DNA of 61,537 nt, filler included, from Circinaria calcarea (taxonomy: Eukaryota): NCBI GenBank assembly GCA_051942165.1. It is 6 parts of 6 records of this genome, joined end to end, with 100 filler letters (N's around TTAATTAATTAA, not from the genome) between each part and the next. Parts side by side here need not be neighbours in the genome. Positions count along the whole stretch, not along the records: positions 41,110 to 51,273 come from JAVECS010000837.1; positions 51,374 to 61,537 come from JAVECS010000838.1; 4 more parts are not named here. One strand, written 5' to 3'. Both the position numbers and the translations under genes were made by a program. Position 1 is the stretch's first letter. Every line of letters begins with the position of its first letter. Under the pieces are notes generated by a model. The model ran no database searches. It was given only the letters and a program-made list of their open reading frames with translations, and was not told where the DNA came from. Of the stretch, positions 48,407 through 60,337 are shown piece after piece.

Positions 48407-49321
48407 CTAGCGGTATAAGGACCGATACTCACCTAAACGCACATCGAGCCCCGCCGGCTCAAGACCCAGCCGTTCTATCTTCTCGTTGGTCGGTACAGTG
48501 GGGATCTTGACTGTTGGAGGGGCTGCCTGTAATTCAAGGACCGCGCACTCCTTATTCACCATGTACACCTTAACAGCGGTAGTATTATCCGGCGCCGAAT
48601 CTATCTTCGGTCGAACTGCGAACTGCTCGGTATTTGGAGCGCTAGGCGGGGCATCATTGATGGTAGTCAGAAGGTCTCTTTCCGGTTGAGCTTGGGCCGC
48701 CAACCAGTCACCGGTTGTAGTAGTTGACGCGGCAAGTCTGGTGGTATCTAGTACTGGGTGAGTTACCAGCTGTCCAGTTTCAATGGCAATAGGCGAGGCA
48801 GAGTCAAAAACAGCTCCGGCGTCTGTTTTCGGTCCAATTGGTAGCAACTGGGGATCCAGGATAAGCGATGATGATGCATCGCCAGTGCTAGTCTCAGGCT
48901 GTTGGCTTCCATGAGTTAGAGAGCTCAGCATGGCCCCATTAGCACTATTGGTTGGAGATATTGACACCAACCTCGAAGGCTTCTCAAAGGTGCTGGGATC
49001 AGCTTTCGTCTTGGTCCCTGTGACAGATGAACCAAAACCTGGTGATTGTAGTGAGGGATCCGACCTAGGGGTGGGTATAGTTGTGGGTTCTGGAACGGGA
49101 GGATCGTGAGTCAGGTTGGTTATTGACTTGGCCTCCATAAGCCCTCCAAACCCAAGGCGATCAAATGGATTGGTCTCTGTTAAATCTCCGGAGGGTATGA
49201 GGCAAATTGCATCCTTTGAAGCCGATACACCAGACTTGCTGCGGCATCCAAATGAATCACATGGCAAGGCATTTATCACGTTGTTGGGCTTCTCGACCAA
49301 TAAAGTAGCTTCGTCCATCAT
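48407..49321 (-). CDS. Hypothetical Ser/Thr/Pro-rich protein; 3' end may be spliced
   Basis: ORF of about 304 aa with no recognised domain; GTGAGT donor near its end. Confidence 0.45.
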   Translation of the reverse strand: MMDEATLLVEKPNNVINALPCDSFGCRSKSGVSASKDAICLIPSGDLTETNPFDRLGFGGLMEAKSITNLTHDPPVPEPTTIPTPRSDPSLQSPGFGSSVTGTKTKADPSTFEKPSRLVSISPTNSANGAMLSSLTHGSQQPETSTGDASSSLILDPQLLPIGPKTDAGAVFDSASPIAIETGQLVTHPVLDTTRLAASTTTTGDWLAAQAQPERDLLTTINDAPPSAPNTEQFAVRPKIDSAPDNTTAVKVYMVNKECAVLELQAAPPTVKIPTVPTNEKIERLGLEPAGLDVRLGEYRSLYR

Positions 49322-50412
49322 CAAACTACGCTAGGATGTTGCTAGGTAGAAATGATGTAGAGGTGCTGAAATTCTGAAGTGCTGAAATGCAATGGATTGT
49401 AAGGAGATTTACAACAAAATCATCAATGATGAGCGAGCAAGCAATGATAACGGAAAAGTTCAGAATCCCCCGTGAAGTTCTGTAGCAATCTTTAAAGAAT
49501 CACCTTTGATTTACCTTGCTTACAGTTAGATTTGCTAGCATACTGGACAGTTTGCAGGACAAAGTCATGATCAAATAACGACTCCAGAAGTGCAAGATCA
49601 TTTTGATAGGTGGGCTGATTAATCACATACATCAGGCAGGGAGCATATTAGACATTGTCCCTGTACATCCCTACAAAGGGCTATGCACGCATATGTCAAA
49701 TGGCAGGCATGGAGGCATGCTGCATCCATTTCCATGGAATAACTGTAGATAGCAGCTGGGATATGGTACAGATGTGTACACCATATAATGCGCCACCAGA
49801 TGTAACTTTCTTTGAGGTAACTCCTAACTGTGTAATTATCTCATATATATGATTGATCAATACATACGAGTGATGCAGTGTTGCTAAAAGCAAAATCTAC
49901 AATTTACGAACTACTGACATGAAGTCGAAGCCGGATTAATAGACGGGCCTTAAACGGAACCCAATCTCCCGTGTCCGGTCTCTATCCTCTCCCCTGGCTC
50001 ACAGTTAACTTCTAGGCTTCGTTTTATGTTGATCCTCTGATCTAAATAGCTCTGGCGGCTGCTACTTCAATTTGAGATATTCGATGGCTGGTAAATTCTC
50101 GCTTGTCTCACAAGGTTAAAGTCTATTCGATGCGTGATTGGCTCCCAGAAAATGGGGTGGCTGGCAGTAGTCGCGTGCGCGCCTTTTTCCCGGGCCCAAG
50201 GCTACAAAAGTGATATATCACATTAATTTGTTGGTATCTTCTGTCGAGTACTCATCTGTTCGTTGCTTTAAGTTACATACTACATCACACATTTGTTCGC
50301 TACCTTGCTTCTCTATTACTACATCTTTGTGGGAATGCACAGTTAGCTCGAGCGCTCCAATTTGTCAATCGAAAACTGTCCTTCATTACTCTTCTTCACC
50401 AAGCGGGAAAAT

Positions 50413-51234
50413 ATGGCTTGCTTTACGAGTTTGGACGACATCTGTTCTACGCCTGACATGCTACTCTATTGTTCGAAGTCATCATGCTCACCCTCCAAAG
50501 AGACTTCAACGGCTCTGACGTGCCATGGAGAGCATGATAAAGTTCGTAACTGGTACCTTTGACGTAGCATCGTCTCAACTAATTCTTCGTAGCTTTGCAC
50601 TGACGAAGCCGACTACTCTCCGACCTCTCAAGTGTTCCCTATCGAGTCAGGCCTTCCTATAACGCCAAAGACGCCACGGTTTTGTAGTAACAGCCAACCA
50701 ATTGCTCGTTCACCGACGATTTTCCCACTTACACCCGATGCCACACCGCAGAGAGGTGTCAAGCGGTCAGCGCCTTGCGAAGGGTTTGATGCAACACCAT
50801 CAAGAGGTAGCAAGCGACAAAGCCTTTTCGATCTCCCGGATACACCTAGCTTTGATCGACCTAAGTTTGATCGACCTAAGTTTGATCGACCTTACTTTGA
50901 TCGGATGTTTAAATCTTTCAACGTTACCCGAGGGGGCCTAATCCTCGACAGTCCTTGGAGGCATACCGACAATCTTGATTACACCGTCGTTCGCGGTTTC
51001 CGCTACACATGGCTTCCTAAGCTCTCGACCGATGAGTTAAGGAGGGCTTCCGAGGCTGTCTTGCGCCAAATCGACTGGATGGAGGTAGCAGAATATGTCG
51101 CAAGTAATAGGGGCCCGGAAGCGTACCGGCGGGCTGTCAAGGCTGTACTTCAGAATAAGGTCGATGACCTGGCAGACGTCGATGAGTTTTACGAGCAATT
51201 TGAAAAACGAATGGAGGAATTGAGACATCTCTGA
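50413..51234 (+). CDS. Two-exon hypothetical protein with a possible Myb/HTH-like C-terminus
   Basis: Exon 1 MACFTSLDD...HDK, intron ~50541-50591, joins the 50632-51234 ORF in frame. C-terminus contains LRQIDWMEVAEYVASNRGPEAYRRAVKAVL. Confidence 0.65.
50851..50903 (+). repeat. 15-bp coding tandem repeat (FDRPK)n
   Basis: TTTGATCGACCTAAG x2, TTTGATCGACCTTAC, TTTGATCG. Confidence 0.9.
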
Positions 51235-51273
51235 AAACTTGATCGACTGCATTACTGAAAATCTGACCTAAAA

Positions 51274-51373
51274 NNNNNNNNNNNNNNNNNNNNNNNNNNN
51301 NNNNNNNNNNNNNNNNNTTAATTAATTAANNNNNNNNNNNNNNNNNNNNNNNNNNNNNNNNNNNNNNNNNNNN
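51274..51373. other. Artificial contig linker
   Basis: 44 N + TTAATTAATTAA + 44 N. Confidence 0.98.
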
Positions 51374-53193
51374 GTTAAAGGAAGGACAAGAGCCTTTGAA
51401 AGGACAAAGAATGGAGAAGCTCAGCGCAGGCACGAGTCTGACGGTAAGGAACGTGAAAGCAGTATACTGCAGCGACGACAGCAGAGAGATATTTGAGTCG
51501 CAAGGAAAAGGTCCTGTCCGTGGCAGAGGGGGTCATCTATACATGTCCTCCGCCTCCTCCCTCTCCTGACTCCTAATTCCGGTCTCCTGGATCCGGTCTC
51601 CTGAGCCTTGAGTCTCCCCGAACCAAATCCTCCTGAGGGCCCGCTGGTCGGTGATCCATGTTTCATTCCGGCCGGCTGAAGGGTTGGTATCTCGATGAAC
51701 GATCCAATAATGATGCTGAAACCAAAGAATCGCCAGGGTCCAAAGGAGCCTAAGCCTTGGCGTCTTACACGAAAGCGCTAAGCGCCGAAGATTAAAGGCT
51801 CGTAATTAGCCCGGGCTTGGACTGATCCCTGCAACCTGATTTAGCCGTCCGGACGACTGACCGTCTCTCGTTCGTCACAAGTCTTCGCTCACAGCTAAGC
51901 GCCACCAACCGATTCTGCTTGGACAAGATGATATGATCATACGCGTCTGTGAAGCCATGCGGAAGGTGACCCAGGGCCACATCACTGCCGACGATGTTTT
52001 CTCCAGCCAGAATGCAGATTGGGTGCCTAGTTGGTTACAAGGATATTCTCCTGTTGGTCTTACCAACTTCAAGGATTGACGAGATTATAGGCGCCACTAT
52101 TGATAGTTGATCCCATGGTAAAGGAGGAACTAAGGAGTAATGCGCACAAAAAGCAAGAATTCCCTTATCAGGTCGCACCAAACTATGTTCCCCGAAAAAT
52201 TATGAATCTCCCAACCCTCCAGCGTCTTCAAATAGCATTTTCCGAGGAACTCCGCACGTTACTCCAGTTGACAAAGGATTTAAGCAGGCGGCATCTGCCC
52301 TCTGCAAGTGCGCAGGTCATACCTTCAGCCCTTGGGGGGATGCGACCGCTGCCCGCACATGACGAATGTTGGAGATCAGCCTCCCGAGCTGACAGCCCTG
52401 CGCCCTGTTGGTTGCTGATACGGCCATGGTCGGCAATCTGGGTAGTATCCCGACCTTGTACCTTTGTACCTCTCCAGAGGCAATCTCAGGGCTTTGGACG
52501 GACGGGGCAGTCTTTCTCTCGTTGCTAACGCCAGAGCCTTTACAAGGCTGCTGCCACTTTGGCCTAGCCCGACCAGTTCATGCTCCATGTCACATAGCGC
52601 TCATCATGCCAGATATCCATATACTATTTGTGGTATGGGTGTTCCCGACTCCGACCGCATTGTGTTTCATATCCCGTACTCTGATCTCGGCACCCCCACT
52701 CGCACAGGGACGTGATATCCTACCACTCTACATATACCTAATCAGTCTCTAGTCACTAGTGCTTCCCTACCTCTCACTTGAGATTGTGCATGTCGTACAG
52801 CATAACCTTCCGAGTATACGGTGTGGAGCATGCATTGCATGCATTGATACGTGGTTTCTAGGTGGTGTGTTGCCGCCCAAAAGAGGTTTCCGGAACACCG
52901 AAAGAATCACTCGTCTTACAGCAGGAACCCCTCACGTATATCTATCATGAAGTCATGGGAGGCGGGGAACTCTTTTACTCGTACCTTTCTTCCTCCCATT
53001 GCAGTCTAAATTTGTTTGATCCTCGTTTGTCACCCATCCCTTCCTCTTTCGCATCATGCACAATCACTTCATCCAACACAAAAATCCCAATCTTTATTTT
53101 TTTGTCTCAAAAAACTTCCCATTATTAGTACTATAGTCCTATTCGTTTTGAACTCAAAAATCCGGAAACTCCCCATTTCGTTTTCCCTCATTC

Positions 53194-54456
53194 TCACCTC
53201 CCTGTTCCTTTCCCCTCCCCATCCTCTTCCACGTCTAGCAGCCGCCTCCACTCCAACCACTCCCCAAACTCCTTCGCCTCCGACCTCCAGCCCTCCCGTC
53301 TCGCCCGCCGCCGTTTTAGCAGCCCCGACCGCTGACTTGCCAGCGGCTGCACAATCCTGTCCACCACGGCGTCCGTGTTCCTCACATGTGTCGATGTGGG
53401 AGACCGGTTCCGTGGGGAAAGGAGCGTTGTGGGGGTGGGGCTGCGTCCGGTGCTGTTAAGGCGGTTGGGTGCTCGGCCCCGGAGGTGGGAAGCGGAGCCG
53501 GCTCGGGTGGGGTAGGTGGTTGGGTTGGTGGTGGTAGTTGGGGGGGTGTTCCTGTGGCGGTCCCGTGAGTTGTAGGGGTCTCGGTCTCTGGTACCGATGT
53601 TCGTGGTGTTGGCACGTTCCGGTGCTTGGTAGTCTCTCCTGTGCGGGAGATCTGCCCACCTGGCCCGTGGCCCTGTGCTGGTGCTCGTGGTGTTGGCACG
53701 CTCTGGTGCTCGGTAGTCTCGTTTGTTGGGGAGATCTGCCCACCTGACCCGTGGTCCTGTGCTGGTGCTGCGCGTGGGCTCTGGTCGTGGCACCCCTGTT
53801 GCCTCGCTGTCGTTTTCCCTGGTGTCTCTCCGCCCGGCACTGCCGTTCCGTGAGAACGTCGTGCGGATCCGGTCACGCAAGCTCGGCTGCCGTCTCACCA
53901 CGCCCCCTGTGATTGCATTTTGGGGATAGCGGTGGCTGTATTCGGAGTTGAGTGTCTCGTCTCCGTCTGCCGGTGCGTTCTCGTGTCGTCGTCTCGGCCG
54001 GCGGATCTCGTTGGTGCGATGGAGAACGGTGTTGCCGGTCCCTCCTGCGGTGGCGTTGGCCTCGTGCACACGTGACATGGACGTCGATTGTCCGTCACCG
54101 TGCACGCCGAGGCCGTAGAGATCCGTGCGTGCAAGCGTGGCACTGGTTGCCGCTGTCGAGCCGGAGCTGCCGGTTTCGGAGTCCTGACGGGACGGGCGGC
54201 CGTGTGGGTGTCGGATGCTGGCTGTCCGACGGAGGTTGGTGCTTTGGCTGCTTTGGCTGCTTTGGCTGTTTTGGCTGGCTTGACGGGTGGGTGGGCCCGT
54301 GGAGACGGCACTGCGGGTGGAGCTGTTGCTTCCAGCTCGTTGAAGAGCTGCTGTTGCCGCTGCTTGGGCGACGCTGGAGTTGGAGTTGGAGCTTGAGCGT
54401 ACCGCGTACTGGCCAAAGGGCAAGCGGACACGGTCGGTTCGGTCTTGGGCTGGCAT
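53194..54456 (-). CDS. Arg/Ser/Thr-rich disordered orphan protein with an internal 28-aa duplication
   Basis: 420-aa ATG ORF; STGPRxRWADLPxxRDYxAPERANTT occurs twice. Confidence 0.6.
   Translation of the reverse strand: MPAQDRTDRVRLPFGQYAVRSSSNSNSSVAQAAATAALQRAGSNSSTRSAVSTGPPTRQASQNSQSSQSSQSTNLRRTASIRHPHGRPSRQDSETGSSGSTAATSATLARTDLYGLGVHGDGQSTSMSRVHEANATAGGTGNTVLHRTNEIRRPRRRHENAPADGDETLNSEYSHRYPQNAITGGVVRRQPSLRDRIRTTFSRNGSAGRRDTRENDSEATGVPRPEPTRSTSTGPRVRWADLPNKRDYRAPERANTTSTSTGPRARWADLPHRRDYQAPERANTTNIGTRDRDPYNSRDRHRNTPPTTTTNPTTYPTRAGSASHLRGRAPNRLNSTGRSPTPTTLLSPRNRSPTSTHVRNTDAVVDRIVQPLASQRSGLLKRRRARREGWRSEAKEFGEWLEWRRLLDVEEDGEGKGTGR
53601..53770 (-). repeat. 84-bp tandem duplication
   Basis: CGTGGTGTTGGCACG at 53602 and 53686; GGGAGATCTGCCCACCTG also recurs with an 84-bp period. 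Confidence 0.88.
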
Positions 54457-55259
54457 TGCTGCGGTGGGTGCTGGTGAGGAGTGTCTGGTTTCTGGGGTGT
54501 TTGAGATTGTTCGGCTGATCTTTTTTGTTTTTTTTTTGTTTTGGTTCCTGGGCTCTGAACTTGTTCTGTGGGACAGTGAAGTCTTTGGGTTTTGGGCTCG
54601 AGCTTTTGGGATTATTTGAGATTTTGATTGGGTTGGACGATGGAGAAAACCAAGACGCGCTTGGGGTTAGGGTTTTATACTCGAGGGCGGTGGCATTGTT
54701 CAGTCGAGGGAAGGGGGGGCCTCCAACGGGTCAAACATCGGGATGCGTAGGATCGTGGGGAGGATAAAGGGGCTTTTGCATGGGTATAAAGGGGGAAGTG
54801 ACAATGCCATTGTTCAGAGGAGAAGAGAAAGACAAAGCACAGCAGGAGACGGGAGTCAATACCATTGTTTGGAGTATAGGAGAACAAGCGAGCATAGGAA
54901 AGATCAAAGAGGACAATGGCATTATCCGGAATCATGTAAAAAAAACACAGATTGAACAGCAGGAAAGAATCCTTGACCGAGCAGTGATGGTGCAAGGGGT
55001 TTGCAAACGGTCCCTGACTTTAGTCTGATTAGGACGAGGGTGTATGAGGGAAAAGCGGTTTTGAGAAGTCCGGGTGGAAGATCATAGTATACCAAAACCG
55101 TTAGTCTAATCAAACTCGAGATGTCGAGTCTAGCCTTATCTTTACTGGGATGGTATTTTGAGAGGATGCATACCACCGCGTCCACATTTAGACCGTTTGG
55201 CTGTTCATCTTGACCCTCTAAACCTTCTAACTTTCTCCAAATCCCATGCCTGAAATATC

Positions 55260-58200
55260 TCAGTCTGCCTTCTTCGTTTCTTCATCATCTGCATCATCCA
55301 TGGTGATCTCCGGAATATAGCTACCCAATTGATAGCCACCACTTCCCTCACTTCCCGTTCGTGGCACTACTCCAATCCCGTTACTTCTCTCCGCCATCTC
55401 TTGATCATTTTCATCATTATTTAGATCCACATCATCAAGGTCAATGGATGAAGGATCCATTGTAGCTTCTGTGGTTCTAAGGCTGGGGGGTATCACATCA
55501 TCGTAGCTTGAGTATTTCGGTATCCTTGTGGCTGGAGTTCGAGACAGGGAAGACCGAGGTAGAGCCGGTGTAGGTATGGAGGGTGTATAAGGCGGTGGGG
55601 GTTGAAGAGTGTCTTCAGATGCGTTGTTCGTGGATGGGGCATTGATTTTTTTAGGCGGGGAATCTTGATAGCCACCCCAATTGGGATTATGGGTACTCAT
55701 ATCACTGTATGGTTCTTCGGCTTTCCTTTTCGGCGGTGTGACTGATTTCGAAGGGGCGACTTTGTCAAGTTCCGTAGTGAAACTTAAATTGTCCGCCCGG
55801 ACAAAGTTCTGCAATGGTGTCATTACCTAGTGCCGTAGTTGATGGCAAAGCAAAGAAACTTACGTGTAGTTGCGGTGGTGGTCCTTTACTTTCGTAAGCG
55901 ACTGCTTTTTCGCTCGCATAGACCAATAATGCTGTTCGATATTCATCTTTCGCTGCTTTCAAAACCTCAACTTCTCGGACCTTCTATTAAGTGAATAAAC
56001 TGTCAGTGAAGCCCATTGTTTCGCAACCCAAGCGAGACTATTAATTTCATGACAAGGAAATGGTGACGGTGAAGAACGACAAGAACGAAAACAACGTACA
56101 GAATATGAAATTGGTTTTGCGTCGCCAGCAGAAAAACTAATCTTCCACCATTGCCAGTCACTAGCTTCACTAGCTTCCGAACTCAGAATATCGGTTGTTC
56201 CATCTGGCTTTGTTCTTTCAAGTACATAGGTTATGTTGTGTTTCGTCGAAACACCCCGAAGCGTGTACTTGTGCTTTGGTGGGTTGTCGGGCTCCTCTGA
56301 AGGCTTCGTGTAGAGCTTTGAGAGCCCCCGTAGCCTTTCAAGAGCTTGCTCCCTCGATTGTTCCAAAGCTACCATGTACGTTAACGGTATTGTGGTGACT
56401 AAGGGAAATACGAAGGTTACCTTTGAATTTCTGTGATACCCTCTCTGCGACGGCTTGTAACTCTTCGGCCACTCGCGCATAAGCTAAGTTGTTTTCTGCA
56501 GAGCGAACAGGCTGATCTTTCTCAATACCGCCAACACCATATTCCAGAATGGATTTTTGAGGTGAGCTCTGTAGATATGACTTTGTAACGTTTAGGAGTT
56601 TAGTCGCATCTATCTGTCTGGCAGAACTTTGAAATTTGGTGATTCTCTTTTGCTTATCTTCAATCCACTGAATCTCGTCCTTGATAGCTACCTTTTCTAG
56701 TCGCATCCGCTTAACAGCATCGATTGACCCCTTGAGATACCTGTCAGGATACCAAACAGGGGGAATCTTGATGCCGTGTCCTGTTGCGGACGGATCACGA
56801 CTATTCATACGGATGACGAAGACATCGCTGATCTTTTCAACGTATACTTCGTCAGGATCGCTTGGACTGAATGCACCCCACAAAGCTTCATCGAAACTAT
56901 CGTAGATCGAGTACCCACCATCCATTTCACCAACTGGAGTAAATAAATCAAGTGCGTGGAAAGCTTTGTTTAGCTCCTCCCCTACATTGGCGGCGGACTC
57001 GAAGATAGCAGCTAGTTCGAAGTCGGGTTGCGCTCGCAGGACGGTCTCATGCCACGTCTTGAGAAAGCTTCCTTCAGCATCATCACCATGGCTGATACCT
57101 TCCATATTCGCCACAACATCGACACTCCCGTAAGCGCGCTCGGTTTCGTCCAGAAAAGCCACTAATCGTTGCATTTCAAAGATCAGGTCCTCCCACTCTC
57201 TGAGCTGGTCTAGCTGCTCAAGATCAACAACCTTGGGTACCTGAATAGCTAAACCGTCCCACCACTCGGCGGAGTACCCATAGTCAGGTAGGGTGTAATT
57301 TCTCATGAGAAGTGCTTCGCGTGCCATTGGTATTGCATGTAGTATTGTGATGAGGGCTGGTAAGTAGTTTCCTGCAGGGGACGGCTTTAGGAAAGCAGGT
57401 GTGTTTGGTTCACGTTTTCGATACTCTGGCTCCGGGTTTTGTAAGATCTCTTGCGCGTGGTGCCTTGTAGATGTCAAAGCCCAATTTTGGGTCTCATAAT
57501 AGCTCTGGTTGGCGGGGCCAAAACGGGGACCTGACAAGTCGGTAACACCAACTTCCTGACCCGGTAATGTTTGACTCATTGACATCGCGATTGCCGTCTG
57601 CATGTCATCATCTTGCTCGTCGAGACGGCGGTGCTTGTCTTGCCCTATATTCGTATTCCTCATGAGCCTTCATTTCTCCAACATAGAGTAAGCGAGCTAC
57701 CGACCGTTACTTATTCCCCGGTTGCTGACTCGTGACGGAGGCCGAGAGATCCTACCGTCAAGAGCGTGTGGATTGAGTGTATCCTGCGAATGCACATTGA
57801 ATGCTGAGAAATGGGTCAACAATCAGCTTAATCTTTCCATCTTAGATGCTTGAGATAGCATCAGCTGGGAAACAGCCGGATTTGCTTCCGTGATCTCTTA
57901 CATGGCGGATTCTGATTTTGATTTTGATTCTGAGGCCCATACTCCTTTCCCCGCGACCATGCACTGTCATCCCAGGTACTACTATATGACTAGTTCCCCA
58001 TACATCAGCTCATCCAAACACTTTTTCTTGATCATAGGAGCTCAACCTCTTGAGCTCGAAGGGCGTCAGGGTTATCGAAGAAGGCGCAAACTGCATTGTT
58101 GAGGTCGTTGTCGTACTTCTTCATATCGCCAATCGAATCAGCTTTCCGCACCGAGACCTCGAACGAATTCTCATACCTTGAGCCATTTAACAGCATCGGA

Positions 58201-58269
58201 TTCGGAGACGGCACCGTCACTCAAGCTGACGAATTGCTCGATGCTATCTACATTTGGTTCCGCAACCAT
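55260..58269 (-). CDS. Rup1-like UBA/ubiquitin-interacting-motif protein, multi-exon
   Basis: N-terminal UBA-like exons (MVAEPNVDSIEQFVS...KWLK / KYDNDLNNAVCAFFD), UIM-like DDDMQTAIAMSM, and blocks PAFLKPS, YTLRGVST, WWKISFS, LLVYASEKA and LQNFVRADN. Confidence 0.8.
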
Positions 58270-59292
58270 GACTCCGTGTAGGCTCTCCAACAGCTCTCGG
58301 TATACAAAGCTTGGAAGCGGCCTAGCAGATCGTATTCCTTAAGGTTTGATTGGTACTCTAGGCCGCCTGATGACCATAGTATGGAGGTGTGAGAATTTGG
58401 CTATGTACGACACAATTTTCGTGGAATATCCGAGCCGAAGCTGCCTTCAATATTGGCTTGGTTAAGGGGAAACAACTACCATCCCCGAAAAGTGATGCCA
58501 GAATGCCTTCTCAGCTTATGTTGAGACGATTAAATTACACCATCGATAATAAATTACAAGTGATAAAACTGGGCCCGCCGGTGTGCATAAACCCGACCCC
58601 GAACGGGGTGTGGCGCACCCGGGCGTTTGTTTGTTCCGCATGGATGGTGACCTCTGAGTTTGTGGGAACCCTCCTAGACAGCGCAGAGTTTTCAAAGATG
58701 TACAACCTGATCTCGATGCGTTGGGGATACCCAATAAGTAGGCGGAGAGGATACGTGTGCGCTACGGAGGTAAAGGGGAAAAGCAAGGAGCTCTGATTGA
58801 TTATAGTCTTAGAGGTTGTACGAACACCTGAAGCTGAATAGCTCGAGTAGGCAAATGTAGCAAAGTAACTGCGAGCAAGGCCAAAAAATCCAAGTGTTTG
58901 TTAGTTGCTTGTTTTTCCCCTTCAAAGTTACCCCGCAACAATCCGTAGCCACATCACTCGTAAACGAAATGTGTTTGACGGCACTAATAGTACTGCTACA
59001 TAATCCCAACGTGAGGACGGACCCCACTCTCCGCAAACCGATCTATCAAAGAGACGCCACAATGCAGGATATCAAGCGTAATCGAATAAAGACACATGAT
59101 CATGTATACATCAACGCTGCAAGTGCATGCCGAAGATGTCAAACATGGAGTCCCTGCCAGCGGAAAAGTGGTAGAGGTAAGTATCAACAAAGAAGGTTCA
59201 TAAGTTCAGGTCAAAGGAAAACACGAGATCGTGAAGCCCCAAGAGGCTCCGACGGTGGAATGATCTTCCATTCCCAGTAACTATCATTTTAC

Positions 59293-60337
59293 TCAGTCAC
59301 TACCGCCCTCGCTCTCCTCCTCTACCTCTTCCGCGTTCAACTCTTCACCGTCTCTGACCACGGCATTTTCTAACTTCCTCTTCAACTCCTCATTCATTGA
59401 CCAAACAGATTGAAGTTCAGTCTTGTATCGGTTGACCTGTTCAGTCAATTCCCCCAGCGCTTGCTCGAACACAACCTTTTCCATAGTACGATTCTCAACC
59501 TGCTTCTCCTGCGTGGTCTTCAGTTGCAGTATGTAGGTTACTGCGCGTTGCAATATTGAGCCCTTGTTTTTCTCGCAACCGGGCACGATTTTGGCCAGCT
59601 CGTTGATGCCTTCGTTTATTGTTTCGCGGCGGCGACGTTCAACTAGTCTTTAATTAGGACAACCAGTTTCACTATTGACGGGAGGATTCCGTTGATTGGG
59701 AAAACAAACCTTCTTTGTGATTGTCTCTTCGAACCTTGTGCCACTCATCCGACCCAACAGTAGGCTTGATGCCACCCCCATTAGAAGCTTCCCGCGCAGC
59801 CTGAACCTGCGCCGCTGTTCCACCAGCGGAAGCGAAGGATGTGAGATGATACGAAGTCCCCTGAGAATGGTGATTCTGGCTACTATCGCCGCCACTCATC
59901 TCAAACGATGAGTCAATTTGCCTCTCAGTGTCCGTTCCGGACCCATTACTGTCAAAAGACATGCCCGAGGTTTGTGGATTGGCCAACTGAGCGGCAAGAG
60001 CAGCTGCTGCGGTGGAGCTGGCGTCGTGGAGAGTGGATGTCGTGGCGTTTCGCAGCTGTTGCAGGTTGGTGAAGTCGTTTGAAGAATTTGACGAATTGAT
60101 GGCATCGGAAAAAGAGTCTAGCGACGAGCCATTGACATGATCACCGTTACCATTCATCGCATTTTGTATTGGCCCACGCTTCGGTCCCGGTTCTTCCGCG
60201 CCGTTCTGATTTGGAGAGGCACGCTTTCGCTTTTTCGTAGCTTGCACGGTTCGCATTCCTTCACTAATTGCTTCGTTGAGTCCGTCTTGCATGTGAGCCC
60301 TCTCCGAGTCCGGGTAGGTAGCTAATTGGTTCGGCAT
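59293..60337 (-). CDS. CBF1: bHLH-zip transcription factor, Cbf1 type (start uncertain)
   Basis: KPTVGSDEWHKVRRDNHKE / VERRRRETINEGINELAKIVPGCEKNKGSILQRAV followed by a coiled coil. Confidence 0.9.

Noticed and set aside
10184..51373. Regularly spaced TTAATTAATTAA palindromes as a biological repeat or array
   Set aside because: Each is centred in exactly 44+44 N. This is an assembly linker with six-frame stops.
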